DNA from: a virus
Taxonomy: Duplodnaviria; Caudoviricetes
IMG/VR virus record: IMGVR_UViG_3300036794_000060
Span: 1-56,673 of that record
Length of the DNA stretch: 56,673 bases
Strand: one strand, 5' to 3'
Part shown: one piece after another, positions 41,453-51,355 of the stretch
How positions within the stretch are numbered: the first letter of the stretch is position 1
Layout of the letters: each line of letters opens with the position of its first letter
Notes under the pieces: generated by a model
What the model was told of the DNA's origin: nothing
Seen by the model: the letters and a program-made list of their open reading frames with translations, nothing else
The model's database searches: none
Program-made: the position numbers and the translations under genes

Positions 41453-42165
41453 ATGACAGGAAGGTTTTACAGTTCGAACCCGAGCTCGCCGCCGCGCTCT
41501 CCACTTGGAACATTCACGCTTCCCTCACGCAATCCGAACGTATGCGGAAAGCGCTCAAAGCCGCGAAAGATGTCGAGCTGTCCAGGTTGCCGAGCTCGAT
41601 GCTCCGCGCTCAACTCTCAGTTGCCTATCAGGAAAACAATCGGCTCCGCCAGGAGATCGAGAAACTTCGCCGCATCGACATCGCTGTCGAAACCGGCGAA
41701 TGGCCACACGTCCCGCCGCAACGCTGAAGCTCCGGTCGATAGGGGTCTGCTTCGGGGGAGACCCCTATCGACCGGCCACAAAAAGGGAGACACATGCCTG
41801 CGCCGCACCACTGGGAAGATTGCCGACCCCGCCGTCGCCAGCATCGACGGGAAACCCGACCCGGCCGAGATGGTTCAAATGCGCGCCGCGGTGGAACTCA
41901 CGTGGTCGGAGCTCACCGACGGCCGAGAAACAAGCATTCCACCGAGTGTGCTGCCACAACTCCCGCACCCGCGAAGACCTAGAAACGCTCGCCGGCATCC
42001 AAGCCGCCATCATGGCGCGGGTGGGAAACCATGGACGGCCTAGATAGAGTCCGCCACCGCCTACAAGAACTCCTCGAATACCACCAAAAACACCCAGAAA
42101 TCCCGAGAGAAGAAACCATCCGGGATCAACTGTTCAAGGATTGGGAACCCCCCGCCGACTGGGAG

Positions 42166-42687
42166 TTAAACTTCAACTGAATTCTGCATCGAATCCAAAT
42201 ACTCCCACCGAACCTTGTTGAACCGTGCATCCGCCAACGCGTTGTGGTGGCCGTCAGTCTGGTCCGGCATCGATTTCACACCCAACTGATGCTGCCACTG
42301 CCGAAGGTCGTTCGTCCACATCGGCAACGGACCCGGCCACTGCATCATCGTCCCAAACAGCTGAGCCAACACAATATGGTCGTATGCTCCGTACCACGCC
42401 CACAGCTCCGGAGAATAACCGGACAATAGAGCAGCTCGGACTTCCCGCGCGATCTGGGAGCGAGGTTTCACCACCTCATCGTTGAGGTCGACACTCCCAT
42501 ACGGTGTGAGTGGCAGCCAGGGGACCACGTTGGCGTTTAGCCACTCGTGAGCGTAGATTTTCTCCCACGGCGCGTTTTTGTTCACGGCATAATATTCCCT
42601 GCCGTCCTCTGCGACCACTCCGATGCTAATCAGATCGATTGTAGTCCCCGTGTCGAGGAATTCCGTATCGTAGAAGAAGCGGGTCAT
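42166..42687 (-). CDS. DEDDh 3'-5' exoribonuclease (Rv2179c / RNase AS-like)
   Basis: FFYDTEF, LISIGVVAEDGREYYAV, WAWYGAYDHI, HNALADA. Confidence 0.92.
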   Translation of the reverse strand: MTRFFYDTEFLDTGTTIDLISIGVVAEDGREYYAVNKNAPWEKIYAHEWLNANVVPWLPLTPYGSVDLNDEVVKPRSQIAREVRAALLSGYSPELWAWYGAYDHIVLAQLFGTMMQWPGPLPMWTNDLRQWQHQLGVKSMPDQTDGHHNALADARFNKVRWEYLDSMQNSVEV

Positions 42688-42939
42688 GCGGCAAGACTGC
42701 TTTCTGAATACTTTGCGAGGTAATTGGTCGTCAATGTGTCACGAAGTGGGTGATCAACAAATACGGTATCCCGAACAGCCAACCCAAACACCACACCACA
42801 CTCAACCCGAGAGACACCCAATCATTCAAAGATGGGAGTATCCATTGGTGGGGGTGGTACATGAGCCATTCGAGGACCCGGTAGAACGCCGACAACCACA
42901 AACCGAAAGCGATAACCCCAAGGATGCAGTAGACGTAGA

Positions 42940-43356
42940 TCATGCGTGGCGTTTCATCCATGCTCGCCACTCGTCCCATTGGACGGTGGTCATCGACGAC
43001 ATCAACATGTCAACATCCCAAAACCCCATCTGCCACGCAAACTTCAACATCAAATCACGATCCAACGGATCGTTCTCGATCAAACGATACACGCCGTGAC
43101 GGTATCTTTCATGGGGGATGCGGACGAGACGTTTCCCAATCGCCAACGCCAAATCATGCGCGTCTTTCAGAAAATCGGAATCCTTGCGGTAGTGCAGTTC
43201 GGGGGTGCGGAGTCCTGTTTCGGGGAAATCCACAGCATAATCCGCATCGGAGGTCATCGCGTTGAACAACATTTGCGCGATCGCCGCGGAATAGTCAGTG
43301 CCAGCTGGGATGACCACCAGCGAGGAATGGTCATCACCCGCTAGCGAAGTGTTCAT
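42940..43356 (-). CDS. Hypothetical protein whose C-terminus resembles the tail-chaperone extension
   Basis: LMLKFAWQMGFWDVDMLMSSMTTVQWDEWRAWM vs LALDFAFALGFPSAESFLGAITVPDWLEWMEWY. Confidence 0.6.
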   Translation of the reverse strand: MNTSLAGDDHSSLVVIPAGTDYSAAIAQMLFNAMTSDADYAVDFPETGLRTPELHYRKDSDFLKDAHDLALAIGKRLVRIPHERYRHGVYRLIENDPLDRDLMLKFAWQMGFWDVDMLMSSMTTVQWDEWRAWMKRHA

Positions 43357-43700
43357 TTTCTTTGCTTCCCGAACTCTGCGAGGAACTTATCCAACATCTT
43401 TTTTGTGTGGTTGAGTTGTTCCTCGATCAACGCTCCGAATTCGCGGAACTCCACCGTGATCGGACCGTCAAATTTTTCTTCCGCGGGTTCGCAGTGGCAG
43501 TCTGGCTTTTGGATGCGTTCCGCGGACGACCAGTGACCCGGACCCACAAGCACAATCGACTGGGTGCCGTTGTAGATTTCAAGACCCATCCCGGGGTTCA
43601 CGACGAAACCAGTCGCTGGTCTATATTCTCGCGGGGATTTATCTTTGTCCGTCATGGTGACACGCACCGCGACGGTTTTAGGTTTACACTGACAAGACAT
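43353..43700 (-). CDS. Hypothetical protein
   Basis: ORF coupled by ATGA to 42940..43356. Confidence 0.6.
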   Translation of the reverse strand: MSCQCKPKTVAVRVTMTDKDKSPREYRPATGFVVNPGMGLEIYNGTQSIVLVGPGHWSSAERIQKPDCHCEPAEEKFDGPITVEFREFGALIEEQLNHTKKMLDKFLAEFGKQRK

Positions 43701-44284
43701 CAAATTTTTCTTTCGGCGTCAAAAATTTTTTAATATAGGCTGACGGGTCCGAACTTTTTCTCCAGCTGCCGCCACGTATACGCGTCAGCCTCATCCCCAT
43801 CGAGCTGGGACCAGAACTGACCCTCGTCGTCCATCCACGAATGCCAAATACGGCCTTCACAATCAGCGACAAGGTCTTCTTCCCGGGGTTCTTGCAATTA
43901 TTTCACCCCCCGACAGAAACCGAACGACCGATGCGACTCCAGATGGCGGCGAGCATCAGCAAGAGCGTCCTTATGGTGAGAACGCCACTGGGACTGTAAA
44001 CAACACCGACACACCCAATGCCACACTTCGTCGTCTCTCGACACGGTGATACGAGGTTCAGGACGCATCATTCGCTCCCAAAAAATTTAAACCTACGCGC
44101 GCGAGGCCGCTAAAAAAACGGGACTTACACCACTATTCATCCGACTTCGAGAAAGTCCGGACCGGTAGGAGTAATCACGAACAGCTCGTCGGCCCGCGGG
44201 AAGGAGTACAGCGGCAAGCCGAGTATCGTCCGAGCTTCGTTGATGGTCATCTTCCCGGTTTCAACCCGACCCGCGATTTCGTCC

Positions 44285-44710
44285 TCATCCATCGAGCTTC
44301 TCCGCGATTTCACTCACACCCTCGGCGATCGAGGTTTGACCGATCCGCAACGCTACCTCGCCGCTGCAAATATTCCGCAACAGAGTCAAAGACTCCTCAT
44401 TCACCACATAATCATGCTCAGCGCGAACACGATCATGTTCTTCCTGGCGGTTCTGCGCCAACAAAATAAGCGGCGCCGCGTACGCCGCCTGGGTGGAAAA
44501 CACCAGATTCAACAGGATAAACGGGTACGGGTCCCAATGGTTGATCCACGCCATGAGGTTGAGCGTAATCCACGCCGCCACGATGAGCGTCTGCCAGATA
44601 ATGAACCGCCACGACCCGAACCCTTTGGTCACGTAGTCGGCGACACGTTGACCTAACGTTAAATCGTCGTGGCGAGCTTTATTCGCCGGGTGCAGATGCG
44701 TCCTACTCAT
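44285..44710 (-). CDS. DUF1003 membrane protein
   Basis: GQRVAD...GSWRFII, WDPYPFILLNLVFSTQAAYAAPLILLAQNRQ. Confidence 0.92.
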   Translation of the reverse strand: MSRTHLHPANKARHDDLTLGQRVADYVTKGFGSWRFIIWQTLIVAAWITLNLMAWINHWDPYPFILLNLVFSTQAAYAAPLILLAQNRQEEHDRVRAEHDYVVNEESLTLLRNICSGEVALRIGQTSIAEGVSEIAEKLDG

Positions 44711-45098
44711 CGCCGGCTCGGTCGACCACCTTGAACGGGTTATCGACCTCCTCGGTCCCGAACAACACGCTCACCAGTTCATCTTTTTCACATTTGGACA
44801 ACTGGCTCGTTCGCACCGCTAAAAGTTTCAATGACTGCTGCAACGCCTCCGTGAAACTGGTCTCATCAATATCCTGATGGTGGTAGAACGGTGTGAGGAT
44901 AGCGATCTTCGCCATCAACTCCTCCAGTTCCTTCACAAGGATCAGACGGACCAAATTCAACACGTCGGTATCGGTCGACAAATCTTCCATCGCCGTCGGG
45001 ATCGTATCCACATCCGGCGTTGGGAGCATCACCGACCTCTGCAACGCCTTGAAATACTCTGCGCGTTTCTCCGCGTCTGAAAGACATCCTAGAAGCAT
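44703..45098 (-). CDS. Hypothetical protein
   Basis: 131-aa helical ORF coupled to the DUF1003 gene. Confidence 0.55.
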   Translation of the reverse strand: MLLGCLSDAEKRAEYFKALQRSVMLPTPDVDTIPTAMEDLSTDTDVLNLVRLILVKELEELMAKIAILTPFYHHQDIDETSFTEALQQSLKLLAVRTSQLSKCEKDELVSVLFGTEEVDNPFKVVDRAGDE

Positions 45099-45675
45099 GT
45101 TTACCCTTAACTCCCCCGAACCTACACCCTGCTGGACCCGACAAAGGACCGGGGGTTACAGGTTCGTTAGGTGGGGGACTCACGATGATAGAAGTTTTCC
45201 CCGTCAAATCCTCTTCACACCGTGACGTGACCGATCTAGGTCCATCACCGGTGTAAATATCGATGTGGGGGACGGATTCCTTCGTTGCGCCGGAATCCTC
45301 CGAGATGCCATAGCATTTAAGTTTCGGGAAATAAACTCTTTGGCCTCGCGGGAACTCCGTCGAACCAGCCTTACCTGGACTGGCGAATGTCACTGGATCA
45401 CGATAGGTACAGCTACCACCAGCCTCGTCGTGGACCGTCGGCATCGAAATGATTTTCGACCCGGCCGGGGTGTTATCCGCCGCACCGTACCCAGTTAATT
45501 GGATCACTTCTGAGGATGGTACCGCTGTCGGAGTAGTAGCAGCGGTACCATCCACATTCAGCGAGACGTATCGGGATGTCTCGCGGTGTTTCCTATGATG
45601 CGAATGCGCCATCGCCGGCCAAGAAAACCCGACCAGCATAGTGAGCACCGCTACAACAACGCATAGCTTGCGCAT
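44866..45675 (-). CDS. Secreted protein with 3D/DPBB-like domain
   Basis: Signal peptide ending AMA; TGYG..DNTP, DPVTFA, RVYFP...ISEDSG...HIDIYTG; the tail overlapping the next gene is doubtful. Confidence 0.6.
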   Translation of the reverse strand: MRKLCVVVAVLTMLVGFSWPAMAHSHHRKHRETSRYVSLNVDGTAATTPTAVPSSEVIQLTGYGAADNTPAGSKIISMPTVHDEAGGSCTYRDPVTFASPGKAGSTEFPRGQRVYFPKLKCYGISEDSGATKESVPHIDIYTGDGPRSVTSRCEEDLTGKTSIIVSPPPNEPVTPGPLSGPAGCRFGGVKGKHASRMSFRRGETRRVFQGVAEVGDAPNAGCGYDPDGDGRFVDRYRRVEFGPSDPCEGTGGVDGEDRYPHTVLPPSGY

Positions 45676-45685
45676 AGTCGTCTTT

Positions 45686-46312
45686 CTAAAGGTTAATCAC
45701 AGCTCCAACGTTGATCAAATCAGGATTCGACAACACATTACGGTTCTCTTGAAAGACTTCACGCCACGTATGGCCATGATTCTCGGCGATCGACGACAAC
45801 GTGTCCCCGAGCTGGATCACATACTCGAATCTCCTCGGCTCAACAACCCGGTGATGACGACCACGATATGTGCGCGTCTCTTCAAACCCATACGAGGAAC
45901 TGCCGTAAGTTCGGCGGCGCCAACACGACTTCGACGCCTCCCACGGTGTCAACCCGTCCCGAGCGTAGGCGCGGTTAGCGATCTCCATCTGCTCTTCGGG
46001 AGACGCGTCAGCAGCGGTACGGCCGAACCTTAAACCACCCAACGAACGCCACGTACCACTAAGGAACTGAAACAACCCCGATGCGGAGCTGTGAGAATTG
46101 TGAGCACGGGGATTCCAACCGGACTCGCAAGAAATGACGCCACCCCATCCCTGAGGTGGACCGCCGTCTCCGAGGTCATCGGCGATCGGACCCCAATTGA
46201 CCGTCGGCGCAGCAGCCTCCGCCGTACCAGCCGTCAACGGAACAGCCAACACCCCCGACCCCACCACCACGGCGAGCCTCGGAAATCTCGTTGGCTTACT
46301 GTGTCGACCCAC
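45686..46312 (-). CDS. Rpf-like transglycosylase with LysM domain
   Basis: MGRHSKP leader and signal peptide; CESG, GLFQF..GTW, ASPEEQ..IA, G..PW; LysM YVIQLGDTLSSIA...NPDLI. Confidence 0.9.
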   Translation of the reverse strand: MGRHSKPTRFPRLAVVVGSGVLAVPLTAGTAEAAAPTVNWGPIADDLGDGGPPQGWGGVISCESGWNPRAHNSHSSASGLFQFLSGTWRSLGGLRFGRTAADASPEEQMEIANRAYARDGLTPWEASKSCWRRRTYGSSSYGFEETRTYRGRHHRVVEPRRFEYVIQLGDTLSSIAENHGHTWREVFQENRNVLSNPDLINVGAVINL

Positions 46313-46482
46313 AACGCACCCTCTCTAAGCGCGAAATCAGGACCGACCTTCCCTCCGAGTCCTACGCCATGTCAAATACCAAATGTAGACACAAACAGAT
46401 GAACACACAAACACCGCAACATTCAGCGGCGAAAACAACAAACCCACACATACCGCAATAATCAACAGATAGATGATCTGAT

Positions 46483-47088
46483 TCACCAGTGGATGGTCAA
46501 CGTTTCGGTCCGCTGACCCTGCTCCTCATACACCCGATGATTATAAGCCTGGAAATCAGTATCGACCAGACGTTGACCGATCATCGACAACAAATCCAAC
46601 AGTCTCGCCGCCGGCGCCTTCTCCAAACGTTTCTTCTCTTCTTCCTTCTTCAACGCGCCAGCGAGATGTTCCAACACCGACTTGCGGACGTCGTTCAGTC
46701 CCAAACCGAGCGCCACCAACACCTGCGCACCGACACCCTCACCTTCCCGGATAATGCCAAGGAGGATGTGTTCCGTGCCGATATAGCTGTGACCCAACTG
46801 GAGCGCTTCCCGCAGCGACAGCTCAAGAATCTTTTTCGCCCGCGGCGTGAACGGGATATGACCCGACGGCGACTGCTGACCCATCCCGATGATCTCCTCG
46901 ATGTCCTTACGGACCTTGTCGAGATCAACCGAGAAACTGGACAACACAGCGGCGGCGACACCCTCACCCTCATGGATCAAACCCAAAAGGAGATGTTCGG
47001 TGCCGATATAGTTGTGGTTGAGTTTACGTGCTTCTTCCTGCGCGAGAATGACAACTCTTCGAGCGCGGTCAGTGAGCCGTTCGAACAT
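46483..47088 (-). CDS. Stand-alone ClpC N-terminal (Clp_N repeat) domain protein
   Basis: MFERLTDRARRVVILAQEEAR.LNHNYIGTEHLLLGL...HIPFTPRAKKILELSLREALQLGHSYIGTEH; no AAA+ domain. Confidence 0.95.
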   Translation of the reverse strand: MFERLTDRARRVVILAQEEARKLNHNYIGTEHLLLGLIHEGEGVAAAVLSSFSVDLDKVRKDIEEIIGMGQQSPSGHIPFTPRAKKILELSLREALQLGHSYIGTEHILLGIIREGEGVGAQVLVALGLGLNDVRKSVLEHLAGALKKEEEKKRLEKAPAARLLDLLSMIGQRLVDTDFQAYNHRVYEEQGQRTETLTIHW

Positions 47089-47117
47089 GTTTCTTTCTTT
47101 CGGCGTATACAAAGGAA

Positions 47118-47154
47118 GACAGCCGGAGTGTGAAAGAGACACACTCCGGCTGTC
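47118..47154 (-). terminator. Intrinsic terminator
   Basis: 15-bp stem followed by TTCCTTT on the minus strand. Confidence 0.65.
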
Positions 47155-47160
47155 CCGGGA

Positions 47161-47595
47161 TTAGTTACCCGCTGGTGGGGTAGGTTGCGGCGCGATAGCG
47201 TCAACCGCTGTCACGTCGGCACCCAGCTGGCTATCCGCGGAAGCTGAAGACGCCTGATCGCTCTGGAGCTGGGTCACAGCCGCCTGGAGCGCAGACACAT
47301 CAACAGCCGGGTTAGCCTGCTGCAACGCGGCGATTTCCGAATTAATATTCGCAATCGCGTTCTGAACACTTGCATCCTGAGCTTGGAGCTGCGCAGTCAG
47401 AGTGTTGACCTGAGAGTCAAGAGTCTGGACCTGCGTAGTCAAAGCATCAACATCGGCTTGGGTAGACACGAGCTGTCCTCCTAATTGATTAATTTGGTCC
47501 GTTTGTTGATTCATGTAGGACCAGACTTGGTTCAAGACGTGGTTAAGTTCGCCTTGGGTTACATAGTTACGATCGTGGAATTGTGGATCGGTCAT
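47161..47595 (-). CDS. Gln/Ala-rich coiled-coil protein
   Basis: Heptad pattern VDALTTQVQTLDSQVNTLTAQLQ. Confidence 0.75.
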   Translation of the reverse strand: MTDPQFHDRNYVTQGELNHVLNQVWSYMNQQTDQINQLGGQLVSTQADVDALTTQVQTLDSQVNTLTAQLQAQDASVQNAIANINSEIAALQQANPAVDVSALQAAVTQLQSDQASSASADSQLGADVTAVDAIAPQPTPPAGN

Positions 47596-47784
47596 TGTTT
47601 CCCCCCAAAAATTGGGGTTTCCTGGGATTGATCGACCATCACCTGATACATGACAGCGGTCCGTTCATACAGTTCCGCCAGATCATGTTCGCCTAGCGCG
47701 TCCCATCGGTGGCCGAGGACTCGACAGCCTGTGGCCATGCGTTGCCAGAAACCCGCGTCGGATTCAGCTAGACGCATCGTGGGT

Positions 47785-48777
47785 TCAGTGGCCGTGGATG
47801 TGGGATGAGAAACCCTTCGCTGTGAGCCACGTTTGCATGGCGCCAGCCAAAGCAACATCCGCGGCATTCGTATCCGGCGAAGGAGTCGGAGTGGGTGTTG
47901 GCGTCGGTGTTGGGGTCGGGGTAGGAGTCGGTGTTGGGGTTGGGATTACTGAAGGGAACGGGGACGAAGTAGTACCTGTAAGGGACTGCCAATCACTATT
48001 CGCCTGAGCTGTGTCCAATCCTTCGAAAGTAGACCCGGAAGCCTCAACCTCCTCCGGAACAACAACAACCCATCCCTCGCCGGTCCCCTGCGAACCAGAC
48101 CCCCAATACTGGGTGAAAGCGGCGTAGGTAATAGGCTGAACCTGACCCCAAGTCACGCAATACACATACTTGGAATCAAACCCGACAAGCGGTACCGCGT
48201 GACCACCGACGATCTGCGCGCCACGACGATTAGTCGGAACGTCCCACGGCTGACCACTATCAAACTGGGTTTCGAAAACCGCCGGGACATCAAAACCCGT
48301 GTACACCGCGCCGAGATAGTCAATACACGTCTGGACAAGTGGAAGATTCGTGATGTCGATCTGCGCGAACCCGGTCGGGGTATACCCGGCGAAACCATTA
48401 GAAGTCCACCATTGCAACACCTGCTGCAACTCGGCGCCACTGTCATTAGCGCCAGTATTCGGGTTATACCCGGTGATGGCCTCGTACGCTGTCAACGCTT
48501 CAACACTGGTCACCGGCGGCGCCTCGGCCTGCGCATACACAGCGACCATGTCAACAATGTGACCGATCCCCGCGACCGTACAATCCCCACAACCCTGAAA
48601 ATTAGGCAAAGACGGGATCGAGTTGTCCGGACCGTTCGCCAACATCCCCCACGTTGGGACGTTGGAATACCAGTTCACCGACGGTGGAGGGGTTAACGTC
48701 CCTGTTGGTCTCAAATGCACCCGGGGACGCGTCGGGTCATTCGGCTTACGACCATACAATCCGCGAGCGCGGGTCAT
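47785..48777 (-). CDS. Papain-like cysteine peptidase with Pro-Thr linker
   Basis: GCGDCTVAG (Cys), GGHAVPLVGFD (His), VTWG; PT repeat near the C-terminus. Confidence 0.8.
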   Translation of the reverse strand: MTRARGLYGRKPNDPTRPRVHLRPTGTLTPPPSVNWYSNVPTWGMLANGPDNSIPSLPNFQGCGDCTVAGIGHIVDMVAVYAQAEAPPVTSVEALTAYEAITGYNPNTGANDSGAELQQVLQWWTSNGFAGYTPTGFAQIDITNLPLVQTCIDYLGAVYTGFDVPAVFETQFDSGQPWDVPTNRRGAQIVGGHAVPLVGFDSKYVYCVTWGQVQPITYAAFTQYWGSGSQGTGEGWVVVVPEEVEASGSTFEGLDTAQANSDWQSLTGTTSSPFPSVIPTPTPTPTPTPTPTPTPTPTPSPDTNAADVALAGAMQTWLTAKGFSSHIHGH

Positions 48778-48986
48778 CGAAAAAAACTCCTACTCGAATT
48801 TGCGTCTGGTAGACTCGGTTGGGTTCCGTCGGAAGTGGAGACCACTGCCTGGCACTGTGCAGATCAGTTGCATACCGAGCAGGCGAGCCGTAGCTGTCGG
48901 GTTTGTGTTCGGCGGCTAGGTCGTGGTTTAAGAACGAGGCGACTCTGCGCGCCTACTCCACTTCCGGCGGAACCTTCAAAGGTTTG

Positions 48987-49505
48987 TTACGACGTGAAGT
49001 ATTGGACGAAGTTCGCGGTCAGCTGAGCCGGCGTGTACTGCGACCACTGGCCACCGTTCCACCCCACCCAATTCGTTGGTGCGACACTCAGAACGGTGAC
49101 GTCATTCGCCACCACAAGAGCGTTACCTGTCACCTGCGAGTCGGGGAAACATTGAATTGTTCCGGCGGATGCGGCGTAAGCGGACGTCAACGCCGTGTTC
49201 AACACCGGCGCCGCCAATGCGGCTGTCCGCACAATCGTCAACGTCACACCAGTAGCGGAACCTGTCGCCGCCGCGGAAATAATAACCGTGGTGCCGTTAG
49301 TGACAGACGCGATCGTCGCACCGTTGGGGATCGATCCGCCGGAAATGGCGGCGCCAACATCGCTCGACGTGAACGCCGCGGTAGCCGATGTGACAGTGGT
49401 AGTGGTGTTCAACACACCGTCAGACACAGAACGCGACGGAGTGAATTGAACAAAACTTTGCAGGAAAGACAGCGATTTAATAGGTAGATAGTTAACGGCG
49501 GTCAT
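48987..49505 (-). CDS. Beta-rich Thr/Ala protein, possible virion decoration
   Basis: FTSSDVGAAISGGSIPNGATIASVTNGTTVIISAAAT repeat-like segment. Confidence 0.6.
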   Translation of the reverse strand: MTAVNYLPIKSLSFLQSFVQFTPSRSVSDGVLNTTTTVTSATAAFTSSDVGAAISGGSIPNGATIASVTNGTTVIISAAATGSATGVTLTIVRTAALAAPVLNTALTSAYAASAGTIQCFPDSQVTGNALVVANDVTVLSVAPTNWVGWNGGQWSQYTPAQLTANFVQYFTS

Positions 49506-49563
49506 GCGATCCTCTTGTTTAAATGGGGATGAAAAGATGCGGTCGCAACCGCGCGTTTCGGGA

Positions 49564-49602
49564 GGATGGTGTCGACGCGACGCCGAACGGTCGACACCAT
49601 CC
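49564..49602. repeat. 13-bp inverted repeat upstream of the 49.5-42 kb gene block
   Basis: GGATGGTGTCGAC-N13-GTCGACACCATCC. Confidence 0.8.
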
Positions 49603-50381
49603 CGCCAATTTTTCGGGACATTCGTTCCCGCAGGTCTTCTAAATGAAAACCGCTGTATACAGAAGAGTCGGTGCGGGATTTAAGACCGCGGGGAACGAAA
49701 AACTAAATATCCGAAGGAGCGGTCATCAGAAACCGCAAATCGAGGAGCATGTCACGATCAAACTCATACCCTCGGATAGTTTTCTTCAACACAGGGTTGG
49801 TAGTTTTGATAAGTTCGGTGAGAGCGATGACGTGTTGGTCGATCGCTTCGACGGTGGGACAGTCGTACACGGCGCCGTTTTGGCCGAAAATCGTGTCCTT
49901 GGTGACTTTCGGTTTTTTCGTGGCGCGCATAACCCACCTCATGGCGTATAATGAAGGTATGTAGTGTCTAGAACAGACAACACGACACCCCCTCGGCTAT
50001 GGTCCGACCTGGGTCTCGTCTACCACGACCGGCTTTACGTCCGGCACACCCATAAAAGCTCTACAAAGTGGAGTGTCACCCATTGGCATCGGTGTACCCG
50101 GCGGAAAGCACGGGAGATGCTGCGGAAGGGTTTGGAACCTATCCCTTATCGCACGCGTCACAGCGTCCTGTGGGACCTCTGGTGAAACAGAGGTAACAGT
50201 GGTTACGGAGTGTGGAGGCCGGCCGCGCGCCACAGGCGTCCAAACGAGGGACGCGACACCGCCGGCAATCTACCCGGACGCGCCGAGCAGCAGCTTTACG
50301 TGACCACACCAACCCCATGTGGGTAGACCTGTGGCATCATGTCGACCATCACACAGCTATACCCGGAAAGGGGTGTACACA

Positions 50382-50864
50382 GTGGCAGCAAGTCTCCACT
50401 CAATCCAAGGCGAGCAACAACACACCAATCAAACATATGACGCCGACACCGCCGACATAGAAGACTACGTCGCATCCGTCCCCGACGAAGTCTTAGAGTG
50501 CCGCGAAGGTGTCCACCGCTTCCCGTCGATCCGTCAAGGGATCGAGTTCATCGGGAAAGACCAAAACGGCTTCTACATCCGGGAAGTCCGCTGCCTCAGC
50601 TGTGAACGCGCGATCCGCCGCGAAGAGTGGATATCCCGCGGCACAGGCCAGCACAGACGGTGGGAGATGCTCGACCGGACCCTCCGCTACATCACCGTCA
50701 ACGGCGTGTCCTACCTGGCGAAACCCCACACCGGGAGGATGCCTAAGCGGAAGATCAGGAACACCATAGTCACCCAGCAGCTGTCCGGGTTCAAGTCGAT
50801 CCGGGAGCTTGAGAAGAAGATCATCAAAGCTCAACCGAAGACTCTCAAAGAGGTGGACGACTGA
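50382..50864 (+). CDS. Hypothetical protein with C...H...CxxC
   Basis: LECREGVH...VRCLSC; GAAAGGGG RBS. Confidence 0.7.
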   Translation: MAASLHSIQGEQQHTNQTYDADTADIEDYVASVPDEVLECREGVHRFPSIRQGIEFIGKDQNGFYIREVRCLSCERAIRREEWISRGTGQHRRWEMLDRTLRYITVNGVSYLAKPHTGRMPKRKIRNTIVTQQLSGFKSIRELEKKIIKAQPKTLKEVDD

Positions 50865-51334
50865 TGGGGGAGATGGCTGTAAGGTTCGACGACCTCGACA
50901 AGTACCAACATGGGACGGTGAACGTCATCCCGTGGAACACCCCGTCGTTGGTCTTCAGCGTCGATGGGGGAGCGTTCAAGCTTGAGCTGTCCGAGGAGAA
51001 CAGGAAGCAGTTCTTCGCCGACCTCGAACCCTACATCCGAGCAGCGGAGTGTCTGTCAGAACGCCGTGAGCTCACCGAGGAAGTCCGGGAACGCATGGAC
51101 CCCGCACGGATACCCCCGTACTCCAAACGTAAGGAGCAGGCAGAGCTCCCGCGGAGCCGCACCCGACACTCAGCTGAGGAGCTGAGGGAGTGTCGAGCGT
51201 GGATGACTCGGAACGGGATCAACTACCGCACGACAGGTCAAATCGCGTCGGACATCTGGAAGGCGTGGGAGGACAACGACGTTCGACTGCTCAACCCGGG
51301 ACGCATCCCAGCGCTCCCAGCGCTCACCGCGTAA
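50864..51334 (+). CDS. lsr2: Lsr2-like nucleoid-associated protein
   Basis: DDLD, FSVDG..FKLELSEEN...LEPYI (dimerisation domain); RAWM..NG.....GQI (DNA-binding domain). Confidence 0.85.
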   Translation: MGEMAVRFDDLDKYQHGTVNVIPWNTPSLVFSVDGGAFKLELSEENRKQFFADLEPYIRAAECLSERRELTEEVRERMDPARIPPYSKRKEQAELPRSRTRHSAEELRECRAWMTRNGINYRTTGQIASDIWKAWEDNDVRLLNPGRIPALPALTA

Positions 51335-51355
51335 CGTCCCCTCCACAGGAAGCGA

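Noticed and set aside
46313-46480. c-di-AMP (ydaO) riboswitch upstream of the Rpf gene
   Set aside because: Only CGCTGAAT is present; the GGGGAACC and CCCG..CCCGTCAGCT elements are missing
47878-47945. Tandem repeat as a regulatory element or VNTR
   Set aside because: Encodes the Pro-Thr linker with varied codons
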